NCBI GenBank assembly: GCA_937899865.1
Contig: CALBRH010000001.1
Location: 32,001-96,000, forward strand
Reading direction: 5' to 3'
DNA length: 64,000 nt
From: an uncultured euryarchaeote
GTDB taxonomy: Archaea > Thermoplasmatota > Poseidoniia > Poseidoniales > Poseidoniaceae
Position 1 is the first letter of the stretch, and every line of letters starts with the position of its first letter. This document shows positions 56,901 through 64,000 of the stretch, piece after piece. Under the pieces are notes generated by a model. The model did not search any database. It saw nothing but the letters and a program-made list of their open reading frames with translations, and had not been told where the DNA came from. The translations under genes were made by a program, and so were the position numbers.

Positions 56901-59801
56901 GGTGAATTGGGTATTGATACTGTCAAACAAGCCGAGATTATGGCAGAGGTAAGGGATATTTTCTCATTACCAGTTGACGAAGATTTTGTTTTGAGCGACC
57001 ATCCAACACTCAATCACTTCACAGCTTATATCGTAAAAATGAGTGGAGGAGCAACTGAAATTGAACCAACCGTTTCAGTAGTTGAACAATCAAGTGAAGA
57101 GGAGATAGTTGCCGAGCAATTATCCATGCCTTCTACCGATTCGCAAACACATACTGAGTCCAAAAATACAGTATCTGGTTGCCGTAGATGGCAGGTTGAA
57201 ATTGAAGAGTGTCTAGGCGTTGATGAAAGAATCGAATTATCAGGTACTGTTGTAGTTACTGATGATGGCTGGGGTATTGCTGAAGAGATATGTTTGAAAC
57301 TTGAAGGTGCAGGATTAGAGGCGATTAGAGTAGGCTTTGAATCAGAAATTCGCGATATGTCAATGCAGAAGGAAGGCTCAAGAACGGTTCTTCGTGCAGA
57401 TCCTGCAAACATAGAGCATATGGAGCAGGTCAGCAATGAATTAAACAAATCAAATATTTGTGGAGTGATTCATTTAGCAGCTCTAAAATTAGCCGGAGTA
57501 GAATGGGATGAAGATACCTATCCTTCATCCCAAATTGCTTTAGCCGCTCATGGGTGGTTTTCATTACTAAAGGGATTGGATGAAAAATTAGGTAACCTGG
57601 ACAAAGGAATTGTAGCTTCAGTTACCACCCTTGATGGCAGACATGGAAATATCGGAGATTTATTCAACTCAATCCAGTGTTCGGCTAGCGGAGTTACCAA
57701 ATCATATTCCTTCGAACAAACACACCTTCGTGCTAGAGCATTGGATTTGCATCCGGAAATTGTGCTAGATGCGACTCATGCCGCAGATTTAATTGTCAAC
57801 GATATCCTCAATATTGGTGGTGAAGTTGAGATTGGTATAGACCGAGATGGCAGAAGATGGACATTGGTTGCTTTTGATGAAAAATTAGAAGCGGACCGAC
57901 AACCACTAGCCAACAATGATACTTGGTTAGTGTCGGGTGGCGGCTCAGGTGTTACTGCGGCGTCAATAATTGGAGTTGCACAAGCGAGTACTGATGCCAA
58001 TGCACATTTTATCTTGTTAGGTCGCTCTCAACTTATCGAAGAAACTCAAACTTGGATAGATTGGAGTGAAGAAAAGCTAGCAGATAAGAAAATGGCATTA
58101 CGTGAATCCATGATTGAAGAAAGCGAAGATGGTAAAGTTACCATGGTGGATTGGAATCGTAAATGGCAGAAGTTCACCCGTAGTAGAGATGTTTTCATAA
58201 CCTTGGATAGAATAGAAAAAACAGGTAACAAAGCAAAATATCACTCGATAGATGTGATGGATAAATCTGCTATGATCGAACTTGGCAAAACGCTTAATCG
58301 TAAAATTACAGGTGTAATTCACGGCGCTGGTTTGGAAGATTCAAAATTAGTCGCAGATAAAAGCCATGAAATTTTTGACCGCGTTGTTAGAGTCAAATTA
58401 GATGGTTGGAAATCACTAATGGCTGCAGTTGAAAACTCAGGAACAAAATCATTGAAGTTTGCAGCTTGTTTCACCAGTGTAGCAGGTAGGTTCGGAAATG
58501 GTGGTCAAACCGACTATGCTGCGGCTAACAGCGTTTTAGATGCAGAAATGGCACGATTGAGTGCAAGTGGCAAGTGTCGAGCAGTTGCTATAGGCTGGAC
58601 TGGCTGGAAAGATGTTGGAATGGCAACTCGAGGCTCGATAGAAGCGGTCTTTGCTGCTGCAGGAATTGAAACACTGGATGTTGAAACCGGAGTTGAAATC
58701 TTTGTTGACGAGGCTCTTGCTGGCGGTAAACGACGAGTTCTAGGTTGTGGTTCACTCGGCCTAATGGACAGGTTCGATAGTTTTAGAGAACCACCACTTC
58801 GCTTACCGTCTGAAATGGCTGCAATAATAGCCGACCCAGCAAGGTTTCCATTACTTGATAAAGTGATTTCACTCGAGGAGAATAAATCAATCATTACTGA
58901 AACCACACTTTCTACCGAACTTCATCCATTCCTTGTCGATCATGCCATTGATGGCGTACCATATCATCCAGGAGTGATGGCACTTGAGATGTTTGCAGAG
59001 AACTCCTTGTTGATGAAACCATCAACTTGTTTGGCAGGTTTTGAACAAGTTAGCTTTGGCCTTCCTGTTAAGTTACTAAAAGGTGAAATGAAGGTTAGAA
59101 TTGTTGCTGAACAAGAAAGAGAGGAGAATGGATTACATTGGATAAGATGTAAATTAGTTTCAGATTTGACCAATTCTAAAGGAGAAGTATTTGGGGAACG
59201 AGAACACCATTCAGCCTTAGTAAGGTTAGTTGAAAAGAGTGATGATTTGTCTGGTTTCTTACATTCAGAAGTAACTCAAATGCCCGATATTGGGATTCCA
59301 GGTTTAGAAGACTTGGTTTTGATGCCTTCATTCATTTACAAGCGTTATTTCCATGGCCCTAGATTCCAATGTCATGGTGGCGTGATTAGAGGTGTAGGTG
59401 ATAATGATACACCAGGCGCAGATAGTATCGCACTAATGCGTAATCAACTACCAATTAGGGAGCAGTTCAAAGCTGAAGAAAATGGAGGAGAGGTGTTGTT
59501 AGAAGCCTTGCCTATGCTAATTGAAGCAGGATTCCAAAATGCTGGTTTTGTGGCAATGGAGTCAGAAGGCTTCTCTTCATTGCCAATCGGTATTGATTGG
59601 TCAACCAACCTGCGCGTGCCCGAGCGTAATGAAATACTTCGAATGAGGAGTTTACGAGTCGCAGTTGAAGATGCAGGTGTTACAGTTCATGATTTAGTAA
59701 TAGTCGGGGATGATGACGCACCAGTTCTTGCATTGAAGGGCTTACGATTGAAGAGTATGGCGCCGGTTCCAGATGAACAACGATTCATTCTAGAACGTTA
59801 A
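50988..59801 (+). CDS. Type I PKS/FAS megasynthase (PfaA-like): KS-AT-(degenerate ACP)-KS-ACPx3-KR-DH
   Basis: KS1 has DAACASS, EAHGT and GHLKAAAG. AT has GQGSQ, GHSLG and HAFHS. KS2 has NLACAS, SHETYT and GHPMG. Three TGYP...LGIDTVKQAEI carriers follow. KR has GGGSG, HGAG and YAAAN. DH has HAIDGVPYHP. TTG start follows AGGTGA. Confidence 0.95.
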   Translation: MKITTADGKVAEGLEQGRFEPIAVIGLGAIMPDAKDVNQFWQNIKAGKVSIKDVKSERWPGKIEDFWKNGGPGDIEEGFTYSKIGAFVEDFEFNWRRWRQPPGTLKQIDPCQLWAVEVSAAALEQSGYDGESKDFDRSRCGVIFANALGGENRNLSNIRVWSNHTKNVALKHGLPHENAEGFQAEIVEHSPRIDEDTMPGELANVVSGRVANLLDLQGPNYATDAACASSMAAILDSCRQLQNRQVDLMLAGASDRTMDPATFAKFSAIGALSPSHSTPFDAKANGFVMGEGAGALVLKRLSDAMNDGDTIHAVIRGVGGSSDGRGKGITAPSQRGQIQAIARAYQQAGYEPSTVELVEAHGTSTKVGDATELSSLSTLWEGFSGGDHVAVGSIKSQIGHLKAAAGMAGVMKAILALHNNTIPPSAGFETPNPTVDWNNIPFFVPTQASDWTKPNQHPRRAGISSFGFGGTNFHIALEAFEAEYHQNLVEQWSSKSVSSEATANSVASIFDATAKPSMTHEELKSIEGGLLLISADSVGGLTTKLQNLSFEGPSFDDDPCGRRLSSELFSASQFNKTESHRMAIVASTWQEFDKRVALAIKAIDDKAKWGFLQSQGVMITDEPILPDGAKIAHMYPGQGSQYVGMTFDLFKRYTAVQKVWEKSDETMVDVLDGETLSSFVLRNNLSKEELIESEHKLKQTEYTQPAMLTADLAIERLLNAHGQKPDMVAGHSLGEYAALMSSGILNMDGALRASAARGTEMGSVQIDDKGLMASVTAPYSEVAKVLEETEGYVIAANKNSPKMTVIAGESEPVKAAMSAFEANGFSTTQLATSHAFHSRIVAPANEPLRRFLETLEINWPQIPITANFDGEFYSMEGDDSKSAVLEKLAPQMASSVEWTSQMEKMYDSGARIFIEVGPKRALTMFATQILEGRPHLPIMTNHPKQGGIASFLTALAGIYLAGRDLQWPEPTSEELSEAFKAGPIEAHTKSKHDVKTVEKSPTLDKLATNSSQVVKANNDVSRVVTEVSVSIEEAISAYVGDCLGPITGYPAKFCSGMVNLRTLLGLSDQQINQVITKIGKECQTDSEYDVTKVEVVGDLARWIRQPPKNYLTKQTTTLAATVSQSNIVASNRTTDPIVISGISLGLPGGEKVFSEDVFERLVRGETCISEVSDEYKQRLLDKNIVRLIKGRDGSVNMESATEFGDIPQLAGVKGAFDLAQEFGIDAKVVMAWDITTQLAMAAGLLALRDAGIPLTPVEQVGKGGLRLITNWQVPQIQRDRTGVVFASCFPGLQMAMKHAKNNGDDGEGRFDRRFLFQTLNMGHSQFAQYTGIRGPNSTINLACASATAAFGVAEDWIEMGRADRVIIISADDVTGDDLWEWIGGGFAASGAASTHNVVEETALPFDRRRNGLILGMGAAAFVVERNSQASERGVQPIAELLGTTIANSAYHGTRLDVEHVAHTVDDFMTRMEEKWNLDRHKIAPNTAFFSHETYTPARGGSAQSEVKALRSTFGDSADNLVIANTKGFTGHPMGVGIEDASMLYGMLTGRIPPIANHKEIDPELGNLNLSKGGDYPNLEYGLRFGAGFGSQIALSFVRKWDVQGDRIDGKKFMTWVRSLANSNDVVLRLLDGKLVSYVDGKTNLHGGVQGTEWPITQNFEGEVSEIETATPQIVIDESKENQETEIEQVKESKESTVAEIQNTAPNDVVNTVIEVVVKHTGYPADFVELDQDLEGELGIDTVKQAEIMAEIRNIFNLPVDEDFVLAEYPTLNHMIGYIDKMSGGTGVALQAVATPVVVAKEAIEEIVTTPLPTTPVESTPPAIVDDSNLVQIVVDVVVEHTGYPADFIELDQDLEGELGIDTVKQAEIMADIRTKFSLPVDEDFVLSDYPTLNHMIAYIQRMTGGEVSQTPSSETTITPSPPVAEPKESPQPAKSVVAAGGNEEIESELIEVVVKHTGYPADFIEMDQDLEGELGIDTVKQAEIMAEVRDIFSLPVDEDFVLSDHPTLNHFTAYIVKMSGGATEIEPTVSVVEQSSEEEIVAEQLSMPSTDSQTHTESKNTVSGCRRWQVEIEECLGVDERIELSGTVVVTDDGWGIAEEICLKLEGAGLEAIRVGFESEIRDMSMQKEGSRTVLRADPANIEHMEQVSNELNKSNICGVIHLAALKLAGVEWDEDTYPSSQIALAAHGWFSLLKGLDEKLGNLDKGIVASVTTLDGRHGNIGDLFNSIQCSASGVTKSYSFEQTHLRARALDLHPEIVLDATHAADLIVNDILNIGGEVEIGIDRDGRRWTLVAFDEKLEADRQPLANNDTWLVSGGGSGVTAASIIGVAQASTDANAHFILLGRSQLIEETQTWIDWSEEKLADKKMALRESMIEESEDGKVTMVDWNRKWQKFTRSRDVFITLDRIEKTGNKAKYHSIDVMDKSAMIELGKTLNRKITGVIHGAGLEDSKLVADKSHEIFDRVVRVKLDGWKSLMAAVENSGTKSLKFAACFTSVAGRFGNGGQTDYAAANSVLDAEMARLSASGKCRAVAIGWTGWKDVGMATRGSIEAVFAAAGIETLDVETGVEIFVDEALAGGKRRVLGCGSLGLMDRFDSFREPPLRLPSEMAAIIADPARFPLLDKVISLEENKSIITETTLSTELHPFLVDHAIDGVPYHPGVMALEMFAENSLLMKPSTCLAGFEQVSFGLPVKLLKGEMKVRIVAEQEREENGLHWIRCKLVSDLTNSKGEVFGEREHHSALVRLVEKSDDLSGFLHSEVTQMPDIGIPGLEDLVLMPSFIYKRYFHGPRFQCHGGVIRGVGDNDTPGADSIALMRNQLPIREQFKAEENGGEVLLEALPMLIEAGFQNAGFVAMESEGFSSLPIGIDWSTNLRVPERNEILRMRSLRVAVEDAGVTVHDLVIVGDDDAPVLALKGLRLKSMAPVPDEQRFILER
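56105..57045 (+). repeat. Three tandem carrier-protein (ACP) domain repeats within the megasynthase
   Basis: Near-identical peptide VVV(K/E)HTGYPADF(V/I)E(L/M)DQDLEGELGIDTVKQAEIMA(E/D).R..F.LPVDEDFVL...PTLNH at ~56105, ~56470 and ~56815. Copies are separated by Pro/Thr/Glu-rich linkers and differ at synonymous sites. Confidence 0.95.
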
Positions 59802-60568
59802 TGGTGGAATTGATGCAAGAGATTCCAGTTCAATTTGACTCTAATGGTCCAAGATTACTATGTTTTATGGCGCCTGTAACTGAATTAGACATTTCTCAAG
59901 TGCAATTAGCTAATGCAGATGAGGTGGCTAAGTTTGTTACAAAGAAACGCAAAGATGAACATCTTAGTGGTCGTTTACTACTTGAGATGGCACTGGAAAA
60001 GTGGGGCATAGATACATCATTATTGGAGGTTAGAAGAAATGAGTTTCGTGCCCCGAGTATTGCTTATCTGCCAGGTACCTGGGTTAGACATCCCTTACCT
60101 TCAATATCAATCGGGCACTCTAACGAGTGGGCCTTTGTTGCGCTAATAGAATCTGGATGGACTATAGGAATAGATGGTGAACCATTAGAACTTGAGATCT
60201 CTTCTGGCGTTTTTGAATTAATGGCTAAAGGAGAAGAATTAACATATTTGCAAAATAATGCAGATCAAGCTTTGACTTACTGGACAAGTAAAGAAGCAGT
60301 CCAAAAAGCAGCACGCTTAGGTATGAATCTAAATCCACGTGAAATCAAAATTCCAATTGGAAATAATGAAACTAAAATTCCAATTGAAAATTTAAATTTC
60401 CAATTGAAAAATTTATCATTTAATGGATATAATATCAGTGTTGCAATAAGTCAAGGAGAGGGGTATGATTCTATTCCTGAAGATGATTTGCTAGATCAAA
60501 CTTTAGAAGCGATGCAAGCGGATGAAGATTGGTCAATTGGTTGTAAAACCACTAGAACAAATACCTAG
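59801..60568 (+). CDS. Sfp-type 4'-phosphopantetheinyl transferase
   Basis: EHLSGRLLL, ISIGHS, IGIDGE and WTSKEAVQKA motifs. Coupled to the PKS by a TAATG overlap. Confidence 0.9.
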   Translation: MVELMQEIPVQFDSNGPRLLCFMAPVTELDISQVQLANADEVAKFVTKKRKDEHLSGRLLLEMALEKWGIDTSLLEVRRNEFRAPSIAYLPGTWVRHPLPSISIGHSNEWAFVALIESGWTIGIDGEPLELEISSGVFELMAKGEELTYLQNNADQALTYWTSKEAVQKAARLGMNLNPREIKIPIGNNETKIPIENLNFQLKNLSFNGYNISVAISQGEGYDSIPEDDLLDQTLEAMQADEDWSIGCKTTRTNT

Positions 60569-61000
60569 TTATTTCCAAAACATGTATTTTTCCCGACTTT
60601 CTTCCCAAGGTAAATCTAAGAGTATACCAATTTCAGTTAGAATAACATAGTTCAGCAACAAGTATGAAATGTAACTAATAATCAATACTAATAGTGAAGT
60701 ATTGATGATTTTTCTTCTTTCTCTTTTTGCTTGATCAATAGTACAAATTCCTTTGTTCCGGAAATGAATAATCAAGCCTATTACTACAAAGGCCAAAGCA
60801 GATAGTAGCATCAGAGGTCTAAACCAGCCATAACCATCTCCGCCCCAGTAAAGTGTGTCAGAAAGCGCAGCAGCGGAACTTACACTAGCCAAACCAAATA
60901 ACACTAAAACAACGCTGGGAAGGCAGCACATTGAAGCGATTAATGCTGACCCAGAAATCAGTTTAATCAATGATTTTCGCTGTGAAACTTCCTCGGTCAT
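60569..61000 (-). CDS. MerT/MerF-like small membrane protein (heavy-metal transporter-like)
   Basis: TM1 carries a Cys pair (ASMCCLP), followed by FRPL, a further Cys (GICT) and three TM helices. Confidence 0.6.
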   Translation of the reverse strand: MTEEVSQRKSLIKLISGSALIASMCCLPSVVLVLFGLASVSSAAALSDTLYWGGDGYGWFRPLMLLSALAFVVIGLIIHFRNKGICTIDQAKRERRKIINTSLLVLIISYISYLLLNYVILTEIGILLDLPWEESREKYMFWK

Positions 61001-61009
61001 TACATCACC

Positions 61010-62656
61010 TCAACAATAATTGAATTTGTTCTCTTGTATAGCATTAGTGTATGTTTGTAACTGCAAAACCGGTGTTCCATCTGACCATTCACCCATATCT
61101 CTAAGCAAAGGCCCATCGATTAAATGAGAATATGCAAATTGTTCAGTATTGTAATCTCCTCGACTTCTTGCGACTAGCCAATCTGCTTGTGCATCAACTC
61201 GCCGATAAAATGCCCAATCAGATAAGGTGTCATGCGCTTCATTAGTAGGTATGTAATGTGAAGCGACCAGCCTTGGAAATCCATATTTGTCACTTGGAAT
61301 ATATATCAAAATAGAATTGTTTTCTTCTATCATATTGAATAATTTTTGATGATAAACGCTATCACATTGTCCAACAGTCATGTCATCCTCACTTACAGCT
61401 AAATGTACCATAGTCGCTTCAGGAAGTCCGGTGAAATCTGGCTGCCATAAATCTTGTACTGGTCTTGATGCAGCCATTTCGGTATTGACTACCAATGTTT
61501 GATTGCCCCAACCAAATTCTTGCACCATCTGTAGTGCATGTAGCGAATATGCACCACCTAAACTATGTCCTCCTATGTACAAATGCTCAGGCATAATGCT
61601 AAGATTTCCGAGTACTGAATCAATTTCAACCCCCCGAGTTTGGTCATCAATAATCGAAGTCAATAACGTCAAAGCAGAATAAATAGAATACAATCTAGGT
61701 ATATGATGCGGCCAATCAGAGGTTCCCTCAACTGTTTTGTCATTCCAATCTTCTCCACCTTCGGGTCTAATATCAGTAGGGTATTGGATATATGCAACAA
61801 CCATGCCTTTTCCTACTAACCGGTCAATCCAATCTGTATAGGATTCACGACTTGGGTTGTTGAATGCATGAAAAATAATGGCAAGAGGTACGCCTTCAAT
61901 ACCTGGATTTTCAGGTAGTACAGGTAACGAGAGATATATTGAGAATGTAATATCTTCTTCAGTATCACCTTGTATTGCTGTGACATTATCGGGTAACGTG
62001 TATGGATAAATTTCCAACACTTCAGCAAATGGGCCTGGTTGCCCTCCATATCCAAATGCAGGTTTATCTGGTGGAGAGGGTGCTATACCTGCAAGTGCTG
62101 GAATCCCCGGCATCATCAACCAAGCTGCGAAAAACACGGCCAATAGATGGCTTACTGAGTAAAAGTTGTCAAAAAATCCGTTATTTGATTTAGGTAATTT
62201 TGGAATTCCTCTCGAACCTATTGCACAGGAAAATAAAATAAATCCGTAGAGTGTAGGCAATAGTAAAAAAGCCCCTCTTAAATATCTAATATCCATTATT
62301 ACAAATACTACATATGAGCCAAAAATAAGTCCAGAAAAGAATACTAAAACATGTCTGATCCAAGCAGGAATGTATTTTTCCTGCTGTCCTCGAATCATCA
62401 ACCATAAACCAAGACTGAGTACTATTGCACAAAGCAAAGCAACACTTGGAACATTTTGTCTCAATAAGAACGTAATTTCAAGGGTTCTAATCGCTATAGG
62501 CCACACAGCATTTTCAAGACTATTGCCAAGTATGAGCAAATAAATTGTTTCAATAATTGCAATAATGGCTCCTAAAGAAAAAATTGCCATTGGAAATATT
62601 GGTGCCTGAACAAATTTAGCAAGCACACTTTGTTCGCTATCAACGGCCCTCTCCAT
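61010..62656 (-). CDS. Membrane-bound alpha/beta-hydrolase
   Basis: About 6 N-terminal TM helices followed by a hydrolase domain with nucleophile elbow GGHSLGG, SEDD and ASHY. Probable start ATG 62656. Confidence 0.8.
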   Translation of the reverse strand: MERAVDSEQSVLAKFVQAPIFPMAIFSLGAIIAIIETIYLLILGNSLENAVWPIAIRTLEITFLLRQNVPSVALLCAIVLSLGLWLMIRGQQEKYIPAWIRHVLVFFSGLIFGSYVVFVIMDIRYLRGAFLLLPTLYGFILFSCAIGSRGIPKLPKSNNGFFDNFYSVSHLLAVFFAAWLMMPGIPALAGIAPSPPDKPAFGYGGQPGPFAEVLEIYPYTLPDNVTAIQGDTEEDITFSIYLSLPVLPENPGIEGVPLAIIFHAFNNPSRESYTDWIDRLVGKGMVVAYIQYPTDIRPEGGEDWNDKTVEGTSDWPHHIPRLYSIYSALTLLTSIIDDQTRGVEIDSVLGNLSIMPEHLYIGGHSLGGAYSLHALQMVQEFGWGNQTLVVNTEMAASRPVQDLWQPDFTGLPEATMVHLAVSEDDMTVGQCDSVYHQKLFNMIEENNSILIYIPSDKYGFPRLVASHYIPTNEAHDTLSDWAFYRRVDAQADWLVARSRGDYNTEQFAYSHLIDGPLLRDMGEWSDGTPVLQLQTYTNAIQENKFNYC

Positions 62657-62700
62657 ATGCTGAAAATAGGGGTTGAGTAAAAAAAAGGTTGTAATTAAAT

Positions 62701-64000
62701 TCAAACATCAACATTACGAACTTCAGGAGTTTGGTCAGCGAGAATGAATTCTAAAAATGCAGCCCATAGTACATATTGGATACTATTTTTCAATTCTTCA
62801 GGCCCACCAACTTCTGCAATCATATTATCAAAAGTGTCTGTTGGTGAATGGTATGCGCTGTAGTCCTCATCATATGCCCCAAGATGGAAAATTGTTTGAG
62901 CCCCGAGGTTTCTAAATGTTACATGATCTGAACGTCCAAAAGTGTCTTCATGAACATCCATCACAAGGTTGTAGTGGTCATCCCAGTGTTGGTCACAACC
63001 TGCACCATAAGAGCCCTCGATACGCAAATCCATTGGTGCTTTCATAATATCTCGATGAACGTAATCAAGAATCGTAGTGATGGCAACATCTTGCACCTCT
63101 GGATCAAAATCGGGGCCAGACCAAGCATGATACGGGAAATAATCGCCATTAGATTTCTTTGCTGGATAAGAAATTCCCATCATGTCCATATTGATGTAGA
63201 AGCGCAATTCCTTGTCTTTTGGTAAACAATAATCACAATCGTTGTTGGCGAATGCATTTGACCCTCTCAAGCCTGCTTCTTCACTTGACCAAAGAGCAAG
63301 GAAGGTATCACATCTTACTTCAACATCAAGCAGCGCTTTAGCATACAACATTATTGCAACAGTTCCTGCAGTGTTGTCGTATGCTCCTTCATAAGTCCCG
63401 CCGCCTGGAGGTCCAGCAGGCGGTGCGATATCCATATGTGCACCAATGCCTTGAACGCAAGAATCATCATAGCCACGTTTCCAAGCGATAACATTCAAGC
63501 TTTCAGGCTGGGTTAAACTGAAAGTATCGGTAACTCTCATCAAATGTGTTTCATATCCAAGGCCTTCAAAATGCCCGTGGAAGAATGAAGCGGCTCTCTC
63601 AAATGCTGGATTTGGTGATCCCATCCACCTGTTGATATAGCCGCCACACAAAGTAGAATCAGTACACACACTGGTAATGAAATCCATCTTTTCGAACCAT
63701 TCCGAGCCACTGATAATTACCTCGCCCTCAGCAATAGTGTATTCGAATGACTTGCCTTTGCCGTTAGCCTCTACTATAGTTATGCTAACTTCTTCAGCAT
63801 AGGGAATCGGTAATAATTTTCCATTAATCTGTTCATCTTCGACAACCGCATAACCGTTTGGAATCACAATATCATCAATAAACATCATGACATTATTTGG
63901 CACTGAAATAGACCTACCCTTGCCGGCAAGGAAGAATGTATGCCATTCTCCTCCACGTAATTCAGCATCATTAGCATCAGTAAAGTCAATTTGGAAACCA
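62701..64000 (-). CDS. M28-family metallopeptidase, 5'-truncated by the window edge
   Basis: GAHMD, GAYDNTAG, SSEEAGLRGS, INMDM, RSDH and YH zinc-ligand motifs. The frame stays open beyond 63903 to the window end. Confidence 0.9.
   Translation of the reverse strand, partial: GFQIDFTDANDAELRGGEWHTFFLAGKGRSISVPNNVMMFIDDIVIPNGYAVVEDEQINGKLLPIPYAEEVSITIVEANGKGKSFEYTIAEGEVIISGSEWFEKMDFITSVCTDSTLCGGYINRWMGSPNPAFERAASFFHGHFEGLGYETHLMRVTDTFSLTQPESLNVIAWKRGYDDSCVQGIGAHMDIAPPAGPPGGGTYEGAYDNTAGTVAIMLYAKALLDVEVRCDTFLALWSSEEAGLRGSNAFANNDCDYCLPKDKELRFYINMDMMGISYPAKKSNGDYFPYHAWSGPDFDPEVQDVAITTILDYVHRDIMKAPMDLRIEGSYGAGCDQHWDDHYNLVMDVHEDTFGRSDHVTFRNLGAQTIFHLGAYDEDYSAYHSPTDTFDNMIAEVGGPEELKNSIQYVLWAAFLEFILADQTPEVRNVDV

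Noticed and set aside
56105-57045. Possible CRISPR array, IS duplication or misassembly suggested by repeated DNA
   Set aside because: The repeats are in-frame ACP domains with synonymous divergence and unique linkers.
1-64000. tRNA/rRNA genes, transposases, integrases, cas genes
   Set aside because: No cloverleaf or T-loop motifs in intergenic DNA and no such protein motifs were seen by eye. tRNAscan-SE or ISEScan would be decisive.

Overview
Gene-dense, AT-rich archaeal chromosome segment. Gene content points to Marine Group II Euryarchaeota (Ca. Poseidoniales): a DUF3860-like protein, Orc1/Cdc6, archaeal FlaI/TadC-type pilus genes, and giant acidic surface proteins. This taxonomic call is an inference from recalled family motifs, not from a database search. 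About 52 CDSs are supported, two of them truncated at the window edges. No tRNA, rRNA, CRISPR array or IS element was seen. Main loci: (i) a type IV pilus-like operon (5.5-10.5 kb); (ii) an aromatic-CoA catabolism-like cluster around a BoxB-like diiron enzyme (11.3-21.9 kb); (iii) a candidate replication origin with ORB motifs (24.2-24.5 kb), about 5.7 kb from orc1/cdc6; (iv) a ~290-nt structured ncRNA candidate with an SRP-Alu-like 5' end (27.0-27.3 kb); (v) the standout, a fabI - type I PKS/FAS megasynthase - Sfp-type PPTase operon (50.2-60.6 kb). The 2937-aa synthase has two Cys-His-His ketosynthases and three carrier domains, all with Thr (GIDTVK) in place of the canonical phosphopantetheine-accepting Ser. 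This suggests an uncharacterised ACP-dependent lipid pathway in an archaeon.
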